64,000 nt of DNA from Acidobacteriota bacterium. Lineage in GTDB: Bacteria; Acidobacteriota; UBA890. Numbering within the stretch: the stretch's first letter is position 1; each line of letters starts with the position of its first letter. The notes below the pieces were generated by a model. The model searched no databases, was not told the origin of the DNA, and was given only the letters and a program-made list of their open reading frames with translations. The translations under genes and the position numbers were made by a program. Of the stretch, positions 19,101 to 26,767 are shown in pieces. The DNA is taken from contig OZ244217.1 in the NCBI GenBank assembly GCA_965216935.1, positions 2,512,741 through 2,576,740 of the forward strand, written 5' to 3'.

Positions 19101-19690
19101 TGCAGGTGGTTCGCGACCGGTTGGAGGGATTCCCCGACGCCGCCGGGTTCGCCGATTTGTACGACAGCACCGATCGCGTCCGCCGCACGCTCGTCGACCG
19201 GAACGCCGTCACCCTGCTGAAGTCGCTGTACCGGATGGAATCGATCGCGACACGCCGGGCCGCCGAGGCCGCAGTGCACGGAGCGGAGTTTCGGCGTGAC
19301 AAGGATGCGCGACCGGCGGACGCCCTCGAGGCGCTGGCGAAGTTCGGCGTCGTCGTCACCAGGGCGTTCAACGACGACCTGGGCACCGGGAAGGCGTACG
19401 GCTCGGCCGCGCTGCGTCCCCTGGGGGCGCTGGTGTACGTCGAGGCGATGCGGGCCTTGCAGGAGCGAACCCGCGGCTCGGCCGCCCCGGGATCCGTCCC
19501 GCCCGGAACCGCCGGCCGCGCCGGTGCGTCCGCCCCGCGGGGACTCGCCGGCGGCCCGGCCGGCTTGCCGCTGGCGACGTTCCAGCTCGAGGTGTTGCGG
19601 CGGGGCGTCGCCATCCCGGAGACGTTTCCCGACCACGAGCCGTTGCAGAGGGACGCGCTCGCCGTCCGTGAGCGGATCGTCAACGTCTGA
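16154..19690 (+). CDS. Large (1178 aa) protein of unknown function; beta-rich N-terminal region, helical middle and Gly/Ser-rich linkers
   Basis: Track ORF 16154..19690, 10 nt after the patatin stop. Codon-3 G/C bias is consistent with coding. I recognise no catalytic motif. Contains an (GGEA)x8 repeat and a GASGGTSSGASSGALTGASGSAVGGGSGTG linker. Confidence 0.75.
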   Translation: MPLTFKKNKSLLTGPGQRRGLPPVDLELEATADNDPATADALLRNDPFPKLPLRLGRASVKVDADEEVSFGNGKAKTSFSAGVGVFAELGVFMTSKAAFKAAAINGAMLPALSVERAETAEGADGGGAGGEAGGEAGGEAGGEAGGEAGGEAGGEAGGEAGGGPRKLVYAVMQSGYSLAAEVDASIALAPGFVPSLETSAGRSRDFAVIRAVDAEAGSRDVVQDLLDSWRLPRQVNEASDLEPGTWIVAEVDGSFALGLEARYGYTYNWVKAARLGGLSGDIGLKIELGAAASLGFSASGKYALVIGRASMQQDDERLRVRLHRLQQSGWNFAFDASAGFTGDTSGFLPEEYDKLVAAVFGLDPGQLVDDLRRWTDPANALPDLIAGESIDLAHEVLTDLTGIDAKAEFARAQKKLRELLDRWDGLPGEVASRIWETLPHADEIERVAEVARQIAEADSNAAKARVMELIEKLLEEIDFFDTPVGKWVLAVAMNRPLELLAAGVDSERFKEFQAIAARTAAILDGSEVAAMLGKFHALVSERLRIDLLRDLNKREFDELDDWMKAKLSQFIGRKIDFSEIDKVRRAIKVMDDNAAAFYEKTIAALNRKYELAFAYRFQSATTKTALIDVTLDFAEGNLGAALRRMIAGDFDTLLTRPQKGITLHVGALTHGIERRTSVDLTMPWIKKSTVSRSEAVAELDVVDEDDGRLLMYAGAASNKVTEVTTVGAAQSYRVSAFAVAARLPVMVGGAARRSAGASGGTSSGASSGALTGASGSAVGGGSGTGPSRGLRVHGGSSLEASYTYAVAAPEMVIEDFISHFGPYVRAYFPRQFDNDEAPRFGVWATELDRRIDADPDTANGPRLFGDTLVRLAVALPPDTGSVWFEGPTRKTAPAYRAMSLRIQQAMRDLLTFYYFADPRNFRNRLAAHALLMYAATPPANGLRLEGDKIKKTTHAIHWDWPNNKLRRAVLNSSATAERLAAALQVVRDRLEGFPDAAGFADLYDSTDRVRRTLVDRNAVTLLKSLYRMESIATRRAAEAAVHGAEFRRDKDARPADALEALAKFGVVVTRAFNDDLGTGKAYGSAALRPLGALVYVEAMRALQERTRGSAAPGSVPPGTAGRAGASAPRGLAGGPAGLPLATFQLEVLRRGVAIPETFPDHEPLQRDALAVRERIVNV
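16538..16633 (+). repeat. In-frame 12-nt tandem repeat (GGCGGAGARGCG x8) encoding (GGEA)8
   Basis: Read directly from the sequence; only the A/G in the GAR codon varies between copies. Confidence 0.9.
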
Positions 19691-19777
19691 CGGTCGAACG
19701 TTCGACGGCGAGCCGACCTGCGGGACGCCGGCAGAGGCGCTGGCCGTGGTGGGGCCTTCTTGCCGCGTTGGTCCGCC

Positions 19778-19870
19778 GGGCGGGTGCGCGCGGATCCCCG
19801 GGCGAGTGCGCGCGGACCCTCGGGTGAGTGCACGCGGACCCTCGGGCGAGTCCGCGCGGACCCCCGGGCC
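19778..19870. repeat. Intergenic tandem repeat, ~22-nt unit x4 (GGGCGAGTGCGCGCGGACCCTC-like)
   Basis: Copies at 19778-19799, 19800-19821, 19822-19843 and 19844-19865, plus a partial fifth. Lies between the 1178-aa gene and the metalloprotease gene. Confidence 0.85.
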
Positions 19871-19951
19871 GGCGGAAGGATTGCCGTCCTTCCAGTAGAC
19901 TCGCACGGTATGCGCCATTCAGATCTCCCCTTACTCCCGTGGAGAGGACCC

Positions 19952-22405
19952 ATGCGTCGCTTCCTACTTGCCCTCACCGTCGTCGCGATCGTCGCCGTCG
20001 CGCCGTTCGCCGCCCACGCCCAGATGCAGGACTACGACGAGGTCGTTCCCGCGTCTGCCGAGACGCAGGAGGGCGTGTTTACCGTCCACCGCGCCGGCGA
20101 TCAGCTCCTGTTCGAGATCCCGGACGCCGCCCTGGACCGCGACATGATCATCATGAGCCGGTTCGCGCGCGCCCAGCAGGGGCTCTCGACCGCCGGGGCG
20201 AACATGACGGGCAACATCACCGTCCGCTGGGAGCGGCGCGGCGACCGGATTCTGGTTCGGGCGATGTCGTACCAGAACATTGCCGAGGACGGCTCGGCCG
20301 TCGCTATCGCGGTGGAGGACTCGGCCTTCCCGCCGATCCTTCATTCGCTGCCGATCCAGGCCCGGGGTGCCGGGACCTCGGTGATCGATGTCACCGATTT
20401 GTACATGGGCGACACGCCGACGTTCTCGTTGCCGCGTGCCCGCCGCGGACAGCTCGGTGTGCAACGCTACGACCGCGAGCGCAGCTGGCTCGAGTGGGCC
20501 CGGACGTTCCCGACCAACGTCGAGATCCGCACGGTGCAGACCTATGCGGCGACACAGCCGCCGTCGAACGCCCGCGGCGGAACGATCTCGTTCGAGGTCA
20601 ACCACTCGATGGTCATGCTTCCCGAGGAGCCGATGATGCCGCGGCTCTGGGACGAGCGCACCGGTCTGATCTCGATGCAGGTGACCGACTACTCCAGCGC
20701 TTTTCAGGGGGTGCGGCCGGTGCGCTACCTGATCCGCAAGCGCATGGAGCCGTCCGATCCCGCGGCCTACGCCCGCGGTGAGCTGGTCGATCCGGTCGAG
20801 CCCTGGGTCTGGTACATCGACGCGGCGGTGCCCGAGAACCTGGTGCCGTACGTCGAGGCCGGCATTCTGGAATGGAACGAGGCCTTCGAGCAGGCCGGCT
20901 TCTCGAACGCCATCGAGGTGCGGCGAGCACCGGCGGAAGGGGAGGATCCGAGTTTCTCGCTGCTCGACGCCCGGTTCTCCGTCGTGCGCTACAACGCCAC
21001 GCCGACCCGGTCGGCGAACGCCGGCGCCGACGTCGTCGACCCGCGCTCGGGCGAGGCGATTCGCTCGCACATGAACATCTATCACGGTCTCGCCGAGCGG
21101 ATGCGCTGGCAGCTCGTATCGCAGGTGGCGACCGCCAATGCCGAGTTCCAGACGCAGGAGCTCTCGGAAGAGGATCTCGGCGAGGCGATTCGCTACGTGG
21201 TCTCGCACGAGTCGGCGCACGCCATCGGCTTGCCGCACAACCAGCGCGCCAACTTCGTCTACCCGGTCGAGTCCATCCGCGATCCGGCGTTCGTGGCCGA
21301 GTGGGGGCACTCTGCTTCGTCGGTCGGTCGCACCCGCTTCAACTACGTCGCCCAGCCCGGCGACGGCGTTCCGCCCGAGCGCCGGGTGGGCGTGTGGGAC
21401 AAGTTCGCCGTCCTGTGGGGCTACCGAATCATCCCCGGGGCGACCACGCCCGCGGAGGAGCAGGAGACGCTCAACCAGTGGATCGTCGAGCGCGCGGCGG
21501 ATCCCTGGTATCGCTTCGGCGCCGCGCTGTTCGGCATGGATATCGAGTGGGACCCGCACCGGATGACCGAGGGTATTTCCGACGACCCGGTGCAGGCGGC
21601 CGTCTACGGCATGCGCAGCCTGTTCGCCGCTTCGGAGTCCTTGATGGAGTGGGTGCTCGATCCCGGCGACGACTACTACGAGCTCGAAACCCATCACCTG
21701 CAGCTTCTTACGCAGTGGAACCGCTACGCCGAGCACGCCGCCGCCGCCGTGGGTGGCTCCTGGACGCACCACAAGCGCTACGGCGAGGAGGGCTGGGTGT
21801 ACACGCCGATCGAGCGCGAGTACCAGCTCGAGGCCATGGCGTTCATCGACGAGTTCGTCCTGGCGACGCCGCAGTGGGCGTTGGACCTGAACCAGCTACG
21901 CCGGCTCGAGCACGCCGGAGCGGTGGAGCGGGTTCGTGCCTACCAGGAGCTGGCGGTACAACGCTTGCTGAACCACGCGCGGCTCGCCCGCATGATCGAG
22001 CACGAGGCGTTCCTCGGAGACGCCACCTATCGTCCCGCGGACATGCTCGACGATGCCCGCGAGATGATCTGGCGGGAGATGTACGCCGGCGATGCGATCG
22101 ACACGTTCCGCCGCAACATGCAGCGGGCCTACCTGCAGCAGGCCGACTACCTGCTGAACGAGGCGGAGTCCGACTTCTGGTCACCGCCGGGATCGGGCAA
22201 CCTGCGGGTCGGCTCGAACAACGATCCGCCGCTCAACGCCGACCTGCACATCGCCCAGTCGGACATCCGCCCGTTGATCCGCGACCAGCTCACGCTATTG
22301 CGCGGTGAGATCGAGGAAGCGCTGGGCGCGGGTGTTACCGACCGCATGACCCGGATCCACCTGCAGGACGCGCTCGTGCGGATCGACGGGACGCTGGGTG
22401 GGTAG
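19952..22405 (+). CDS. Secreted zinc-dependent metalloprotease (DUF4953/DUF5117-type)
   Basis: In frame with track ORF 19760..22405. ATG 19952 is preceded by GGAGAGG. Signal peptide MRRFLLALTVVAIVAVAPFAAHAQ. HExxH in VVSHESAHAIGLPHN. Confidence 0.85.
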   Translation: MRRFLLALTVVAIVAVAPFAAHAQMQDYDEVVPASAETQEGVFTVHRAGDQLLFEIPDAALDRDMIIMSRFARAQQGLSTAGANMTGNITVRWERRGDRILVRAMSYQNIAEDGSAVAIAVEDSAFPPILHSLPIQARGAGTSVIDVTDLYMGDTPTFSLPRARRGQLGVQRYDRERSWLEWARTFPTNVEIRTVQTYAATQPPSNARGGTISFEVNHSMVMLPEEPMMPRLWDERTGLISMQVTDYSSAFQGVRPVRYLIRKRMEPSDPAAYARGELVDPVEPWVWYIDAAVPENLVPYVEAGILEWNEAFEQAGFSNAIEVRRAPAEGEDPSFSLLDARFSVVRYNATPTRSANAGADVVDPRSGEAIRSHMNIYHGLAERMRWQLVSQVATANAEFQTQELSEEDLGEAIRYVVSHESAHAIGLPHNQRANFVYPVESIRDPAFVAEWGHSASSVGRTRFNYVAQPGDGVPPERRVGVWDKFAVLWGYRIIPGATTPAEEQETLNQWIVERAADPWYRFGAALFGMDIEWDPHRMTEGISDDPVQAAVYGMRSLFAASESLMEWVLDPGDDYYELETHHLQLLTQWNRYAEHAAAAVGGSWTHHKRYGEEGWVYTPIEREYQLEAMAFIDEFVLATPQWALDLNQLRRLEHAGAVERVRAYQELAVQRLLNHARLARMIEHEAFLGDATYRPADMLDDAREMIWREMYAGDAIDTFRRNMQRAYLQQADYLLNEAESDFWSPPGSGNLRVGSNNDPPLNADLHIAQSDIRPLIRDQLTLLRGEIEEALGAGVTDRMTRIHLQDALVRIDGTLGG

Positions 22406-22492
22406 GCGCGGCCGGCCGATGGGGTTGTCGGCCGGCGGGGTTGTCGCCCGGCGGTGGCCTCTGTTTGATTCGCCCGTACAAGGGGAGGGCGC

Positions 22493-22559
22493 GCCGCGGC
22501 CGGCGCCCCGAGAGAAGAGCTTCGGGTGAAGCCCCGAGATGAGGGGCTCCGGCCGCGGC
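22493..22559. terminator. Long hairpin between convergent genes (possible bidirectional terminator without U-tract)
   Basis: 17-nt arms GCCGCGGCCGGCGCCCC (22493-22509) and GGGGCTCCGGCCGCGGC (22543-22559), one mismatch, 33-nt loop. No T-run follows. Confidence 0.3.
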
Positions 22560-22569
22560 GCTGACGTTG

Positions 22570-23394
22570 CTAGGCCGGCTTCCGCGCCGTCAGCACGTTC
22601 GACACCATCGGGCCCATGTTCGTGGCGCCGTTGCTGCCGGCGGCGACGATTTGCACCAGCGTGCGGCGGAACTCCGCCTGCCGGTCCTCGGGCAGCGCGC
22701 GAAGGGCGGGGCCGATCGGCGTGGCGTATGCTACGTCGGGCGCCTGCTCCGGGCCGTTCTCGAGCATCATGTCGATCGTCACCTGCTCTACCTGGATGTC
22801 CTCGAACCCCGCCTGCTCGAAGTGGGATACGAGCTCATCCTGCGGCATGTTGTCGAACGGCACCCGCATCGAGTCGGAAATCTCCAACTCGCCCATGGCC
22901 TCGAGCGCGTCGCAGACGACGCCGAAGCCGCGTGACTTGCTCACGGGCTCCCACGTGCTGACGACCACTTTGCCGCCGGCGCGCAGGGCGCGATACATCT
23001 CGGCCGCCGCCGCTCCGCGCTCGGGAAAGAACTGGAGGCCCTGCTGGCAGGTGACGACGTCGGCGCTGGCATCGGCCACGTCCAGCGGGAATGCCGGCGT
23101 CTCGACGAACTCGATCGTCGCCTCGACGTCGGCGCAGCGGCGCTGCGCCGCACCGAGCATCTGCGGGTTGATGTCGGCGCCGGTGACCTTGCCCTCCGGG
23201 CCGACGCGTTCGCCGACGAACTGCGCTACCACGCCCGTCCCGGTGGCGATGTCGAGCACCTGTCGGCCTTCCCACGGCCCGTAGTTGTCCACGAGCTGCT
23301 GCGCCCAGGGGTAGAACAGGGTCGGCACGATGACCGCGTCGTAGTCGCGGGCGACGGTATCGTCTCCGAAGTCGAAATCGTTGGCTTCGCTCAT
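22570..23394 (-). CDS. Class I SAM-dependent methyltransferase
   Basis: Track ORF 22570..23394. SAM-binding motif VLDIATGTGVVA, then ADINPQML, and a Methyltransf_11-like core. Confidence 0.85.
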   Translation of the reverse strand: MSEANDFDFGDDTVARDYDAVIVPTLFYPWAQQLVDNYGPWEGRQVLDIATGTGVVAQFVGERVGPEGKVTGADINPQMLGAAQRRCADVEATIEFVETPAFPLDVADASADVVTCQQGLQFFPERGAAAAEMYRALRAGGKVVVSTWEPVSKSRGFGVVCDALEAMGELEISDSMRVPFDNMPQDELVSHFEQAGFEDIQVEQVTIDMMLENGPEQAPDVAYATPIGPALRALPEDRQAEFRRTLVQIVAAGSNGATNMGPMVSNVLTARKPA

Positions 23395-23568
23395 GGTTGT
23401 CTTCCTCGGCTGGATGCGCCCAACGGCGGCGGATTCTCGTTTCTCGGAAGGGGGCGCGTCCCCTCGCGCCTCTCTGTAGAGGTATACAGGAGGTCGGCTC
23501 GATCGGGCTCACCGCGGTGTTCGACGCGGCGGAGCCGGGATTCCGCGCTGCGGATCGAGCGCTGAAGA

Positions 23569-24327
23569 CTAGCCCCCGAATATCAGCCGCCAACCGATCC
23601 AAAGCAGCGCCAGGTCGACGATCGCGTGGCTGACGTATCCGGGCCAGATCGATTGGTATCTCCGGTAGCACCACGACCAGATGGCGCCCCCGGCGAAGAC
23701 ACCGGTGGAGGCCAGGATCGTCGCTAGCGGATCGAACTGGGCCCGAAGCGCGACGACGTGGTGCAGGGTGAAGAATGCTGCGGCGAGCAGGACCGCAGCC
23801 CCGCTTCTCCCCGCAGGGAGCAGGGCCTCGCACTTGCGGAAGACGAACCAACGCCAGACGTATTCCTCGACCAACGAGTTCACCAGGATCAGGTAGGCGG
23901 CGAAGGCCAGAAACATGAGAGGCTCGCCGATGCCCACTTGCAGAGCCCGTGCGCGGACCTGGTCGGGTCGTATGAGCGCCTGCCCGAGGATCTCGGACAG
24001 AGCGCCGCCCGGGCCGAGGAGCAGGGAAACCGCGACAATACCGGCGCTCAGCACCAGGCCGAGCGCCAGGCCGAGGACCAGGCCGCTGAGCAGGCCGCTC
24101 CTCCGCAGGGGCGACCAGCTGATCCGCCCGCGATCCACCCACAGCAACCAGGCCAGGGGAAGAGTGACGATCCACAGCTTCCCGAGGGCGTAGGCTCCTT
24201 GGCCGACCCAGGTTCCCTGGGTGGCGTCCACGGACATGGCGAGGGCTGTTCCGATCGATGGAGCGGGGACGAGCAGCAACAGGGCCCAGGCGGCGCGGCG
24301 TCTCTGGTTGTGCGGTTCTCCTGTCAT
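23569..24327 (-). CDS. CPBP-family (CAAX/Abi) intramembrane metalloprotease
   Basis: Track ORF 23569..24327. Multi-TM protein. Motifs EEYVWRWF (EExxxR), FFTLHH (FxxxH) and SHAIVD. Confidence 0.8.
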   Translation of the reverse strand: MTGEPHNQRRRAAWALLLLVPAPSIGTALAMSVDATQGTWVGQGAYALGKLWIVTLPLAWLLWVDRGRISWSPLRRSGLLSGLVLGLALGLVLSAGIVAVSLLLGPGGALSEILGQALIRPDQVRARALQVGIGEPLMFLAFAAYLILVNSLVEEYVWRWFVFRKCEALLPAGRSGAAVLLAAAFFTLHHVVALRAQFDPLATILASTGVFAGGAIWSWCYRRYQSIWPGYVSHAIVDLALLWIGWRLIFGG

Positions 24328-24432
24328 GTCGATGCTGTAACGAAGAGCGGGACGAACGTTTCACGTCCGCCGCATTGGGTTGCGTTCCGTTCCGGGCAGG
24401 GGCGGCGATCCGTGCTCGTTGCCGACAGCTGC

Positions 24433-25287
24433 TTACAACCGCTCCCCGCAGTACTTGCAGTGCGCCGCGTCGACGTCGTGCCCTTCGTGCATACAGTTCG
24501 AGCACGCCTGGGTCGAAACCGGCCGCATGGCGATCCGCTGGCCGACGAGCTCGGCCGACACGAACCCCGTCGGCACGATGATCAGGCTGTAGCCCAGGAT
24601 GATCAGAATGGCCGAGAGGAGCTTGCCGAGGACGGTTTCCGGCACGATGTCGCCGTACCCGACGGTGGTCATCGTGACGATGGCCCAGTACATGCCTTGC
24701 GGGATCGAGGTGAACTGGCTCGACGGTCCGTCGAGGTTCTCCACCAGGTACATCGCCGATCCCATGATCGAGACGGCGATCAGCACCGTGGTCAGAAACA
24801 CGACGATCTTGCCGCGTGCCTCCCAGACGGCCTTCCGCAGGTTGGCGGCCTCGGAAAGAAAGTGCGCCAGCTTGAAGACGCGGAAAACGCGCAGCAGACG
24901 CAGCGAGCGGATGACGATGAGCGACTGCGAGCCCGGCAGCAGGATGCTCAGATACGTCGGCAGCACCGCGAGCAGGTCGACGACGCCGAAGAAGCTCTTC
25001 GCGTAGCGCCAAGGACTGGCTACGCAAACCAGCCGGAGGACGTACTCGACGGTGAACAGCACCGTGATCGTCCACTCGATCGCCACCAGCGCATCGCCGT
25101 ATCGCTGTTGCACGGACGCGACCGTCTCCAGGCTGACCGCCAGCATGCTCGCCAGGATGGCGGCCAACAGCGCCACGTCGAACGCCTTCCCGGCGGGCGT
25201 GTCGGCCTCGAAGATCACCTCGTGCAGCTTGATGCGCCAGGGGGCGGAAGTGTCGGTAGCGTCGGAACGTGGGGCGTTGTCGACCAT
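24433..25287 (-). CDS. Voltage-gated-type K+ channel (6TM, TVGYGD filter) with C-terminal CxxC..CxxC tail
   Basis: C-terminal part of track ORF 24433..26637; start at ATG 25287 (MVDNAPR). S4-like segment IRSLRLLRVFRVFKLAHF. Selectivity filter TTVGYGD. Tail ACSNCMHEGHDVDAAHCKYCGERL. Confidence 0.85.
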   Translation of the reverse strand: MVDNAPRSDATDTSAPWRIKLHEVIFEADTPAGKAFDVALLAAILASMLAVSLETVASVQQRYGDALVAIEWTITVLFTVEYVLRLVCVASPWRYAKSFFGVVDLLAVLPTYLSILLPGSQSLIVIRSLRLLRVFRVFKLAHFLSEAANLRKAVWEARGKIVVFLTTVLIAVSIMGSAMYLVENLDGPSSQFTSIPQGMYWAIVTMTTVGYGDIVPETVLGKLLSAILIILGYSLIIVPTGFVSAELVGQRIAMRPVSTQACSNCMHEGHDVDAAHCKYCGERL

Positions 25288-25422
25288 GGGCGACACGGTA
25301 GCAGTTTCCGTGGCCTGCAAAGGCCGGGAGGCCCGAGTGATACCCTGGCGCCACACGGGAGGTCCGACCTGAACGCGTGATGCGCCGCGTGCTGAAGCCA
25401 CGCGGCGAATGTGGGGAGTCGC

Positions 25423-26568
25423 ATGATCAAGTGGCGTGCCGCGCTCGTCGTCTCGTTGATCGCGCTTGCTCTCGCGGGCAATGGCGCAACGCCCTCGGCG
25501 GCGCCGTCGTCGCCGGGAGCTATCGCCGCCTCGCCCTCGGCGGCGTCGGCATCGCCGGGAGCTGTCGCCGCCCCGCCCTCGGCGGCGTCGGCATCGCCGG
25601 GAGCTATCGCCGCCCCGCAGCTCCCGCGCACGGAGCTGTTTACCTTCCACTCCGACGTCTTCATCAACTTCCACCACTTCCTCTACCGCTGGGCGCAAGT
25701 GGGCCCGGGATCGGATCCGACCGGTCTCGATCCGCGCATTCAGCTGCAGCCGGGGGATATTCGGCGGTACGAGGAGCTCGAGGAGGCTCAGCGCGAGCGC
25801 TGGGACGTGCCCGCCGCCGCCTACCGCCTCGGCGTCATCGACCGCGATCTGCTGTTCGACGACGGCATGGTCAATGTTCGAGATTGCCTGGTGCTGGCGG
25901 GCAACTACTGCGACCGCATGGGGGCGGCCGACCAGGCCCTTGTGGAGTTGTTGGCCGAGTATGTCGGCCTGTACCGCAGCACCTTCTGGTCGCGCCACGA
26001 CGCGGCGAACCGCGTCTGGATGGAAACGATGATCCCGCTGGTCTCGCGCTACGAGAGCGAGATCGCGCGCCGCCTCGAGGCGGCGTACACCGGCTCCTGG
26101 TCGGACAATCGGCACCGCGTTGATGTCACCCACTACGCCAACAGGGTAGGGGGATATACGACGTCGGACGGCCACATCACCGTCTCCAGCATCGACCCCG
26201 GGAATCAGGATCTTCTCGGGCTCGAGCTGGTCTTCCACGAGGCGTCGCACGGCGAAACGCTCGAGGGGCCGCTGCGCCGGCTGATCCGTCGCTCCTTCGA
26301 CGCCATTGGCGCCGAAACGCCGCCCGACCTGTGGCACATGACGATCTTCTACACCGCCGGGCACGTCACCCGGGTCGTCCTCGCCGAAGCCGGCGTGAGC
26401 CTGCCGCAGACGTATGCCGAGTACGCCGGGATCTTCGAGCGGCGCGAGGCGAACGTCCGCGCCAAGGCGGCGCTGGACGCGCATTGGAAGCAGGCGCTGG
26501 AATCCGGCGAGGGCTTCCGCGACGCGATGGCCGGTGTGGCCCGCGCGTGGGAGGCGTGGGGGAGGTAG
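25423..26568 (+). CDS. Secreted hypothetical protein with HExxH motif (possible metallopeptidase-like)
   Basis: In frame with track ORF 25411..26568. ATG 25423 follows GGGGAG. Signal-like MIKWRAALVVSLIALALAG. Ala/Pro/Ser repeat linker. LELVFHEASHGE contains HExxH. I do not recognise the family. Confidence 0.65.
   Translation: MIKWRAALVVSLIALALAGNGATPSAAPSSPGAIAASPSAASASPGAVAAPPSAASASPGAIAAPQLPRTELFTFHSDVFINFHHFLYRWAQVGPGSDPTGLDPRIQLQPGDIRRYEELEEAQRERWDVPAAAYRLGVIDRDLLFDDGMVNVRDCLVLAGNYCDRMGAADQALVELLAEYVGLYRSTFWSRHDAANRVWMETMIPLVSRYESEIARRLEAAYTGSWSDNRHRVDVTHYANRVGGYTTSDGHITVSSIDPGNQDLLGLELVFHEASHGETLEGPLRRLIRRSFDAIGAETPPDLWHMTIFYTAGHVTRVVLAEAGVSLPQTYAEYAGIFERREANVRAKAALDAHWKQALESGEGFRDAMAGVARAWEAWGR
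25492..25617 (+). repeat. In-frame 42-nt tandem repeat x3 (PSAA[PS]S[SA]SPGA[IV]AA[SP])
   Basis: Copies at 25492-25533, 25534-25575 and 25576-25617; the last two differ at 1 nt. Confidence 0.9.
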
Positions 26569-26767
26569 GGGACAACCGGTGCGCTCCCCGACTCCTTCCA
26601 ACCCGTCGCGCGATCCGGCCGAGGCGAGCACGATCACGAACGCTCCGTCCGTCCGCTGCGGGCAGGCGGGCGGCGATTCTGCACGAGAACGTGGCAGGAG
26701 TTACCGTTCCTGAGATCGCCGTGACGAATGGGGCTACCGCGGCGGGACCCCGAAACAAGGTGCCAGC

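Noticed and set aside
16154-19690. Calling the 1178-aa protein a bacterial gasdermin or another named pore-former
   Set aside because: It is about four times the size of known bacterial gasdermins and I recognise no shared motif. Only the beta-strand-like periodicity and the protease neighbourhood suggest the idea. It is kept as a low-confidence hypothesis in the findings, not as an annotation.
319-19690. Calling the hydrolase block a mobile genomic island or prophage
   Set aside because: No integrase, transposase, tRNA, direct-repeat att sites or visible GC discontinuity is present. The only excisionase-like HTH (54455) is 35 kb away and isolated.
16214-25354. Long shadow ORFs 16214..19024 -, 19021..19977 -, 19964..21772 -, 20872..22308 +, 22835..25354 -, 23758..25380 +
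   Set aside because: Same reasoning. They overlap well-supported genes (1178-aa protein, metalloprotease, methyltransferase, CPBP, K+ channel) and are compositionally biased.
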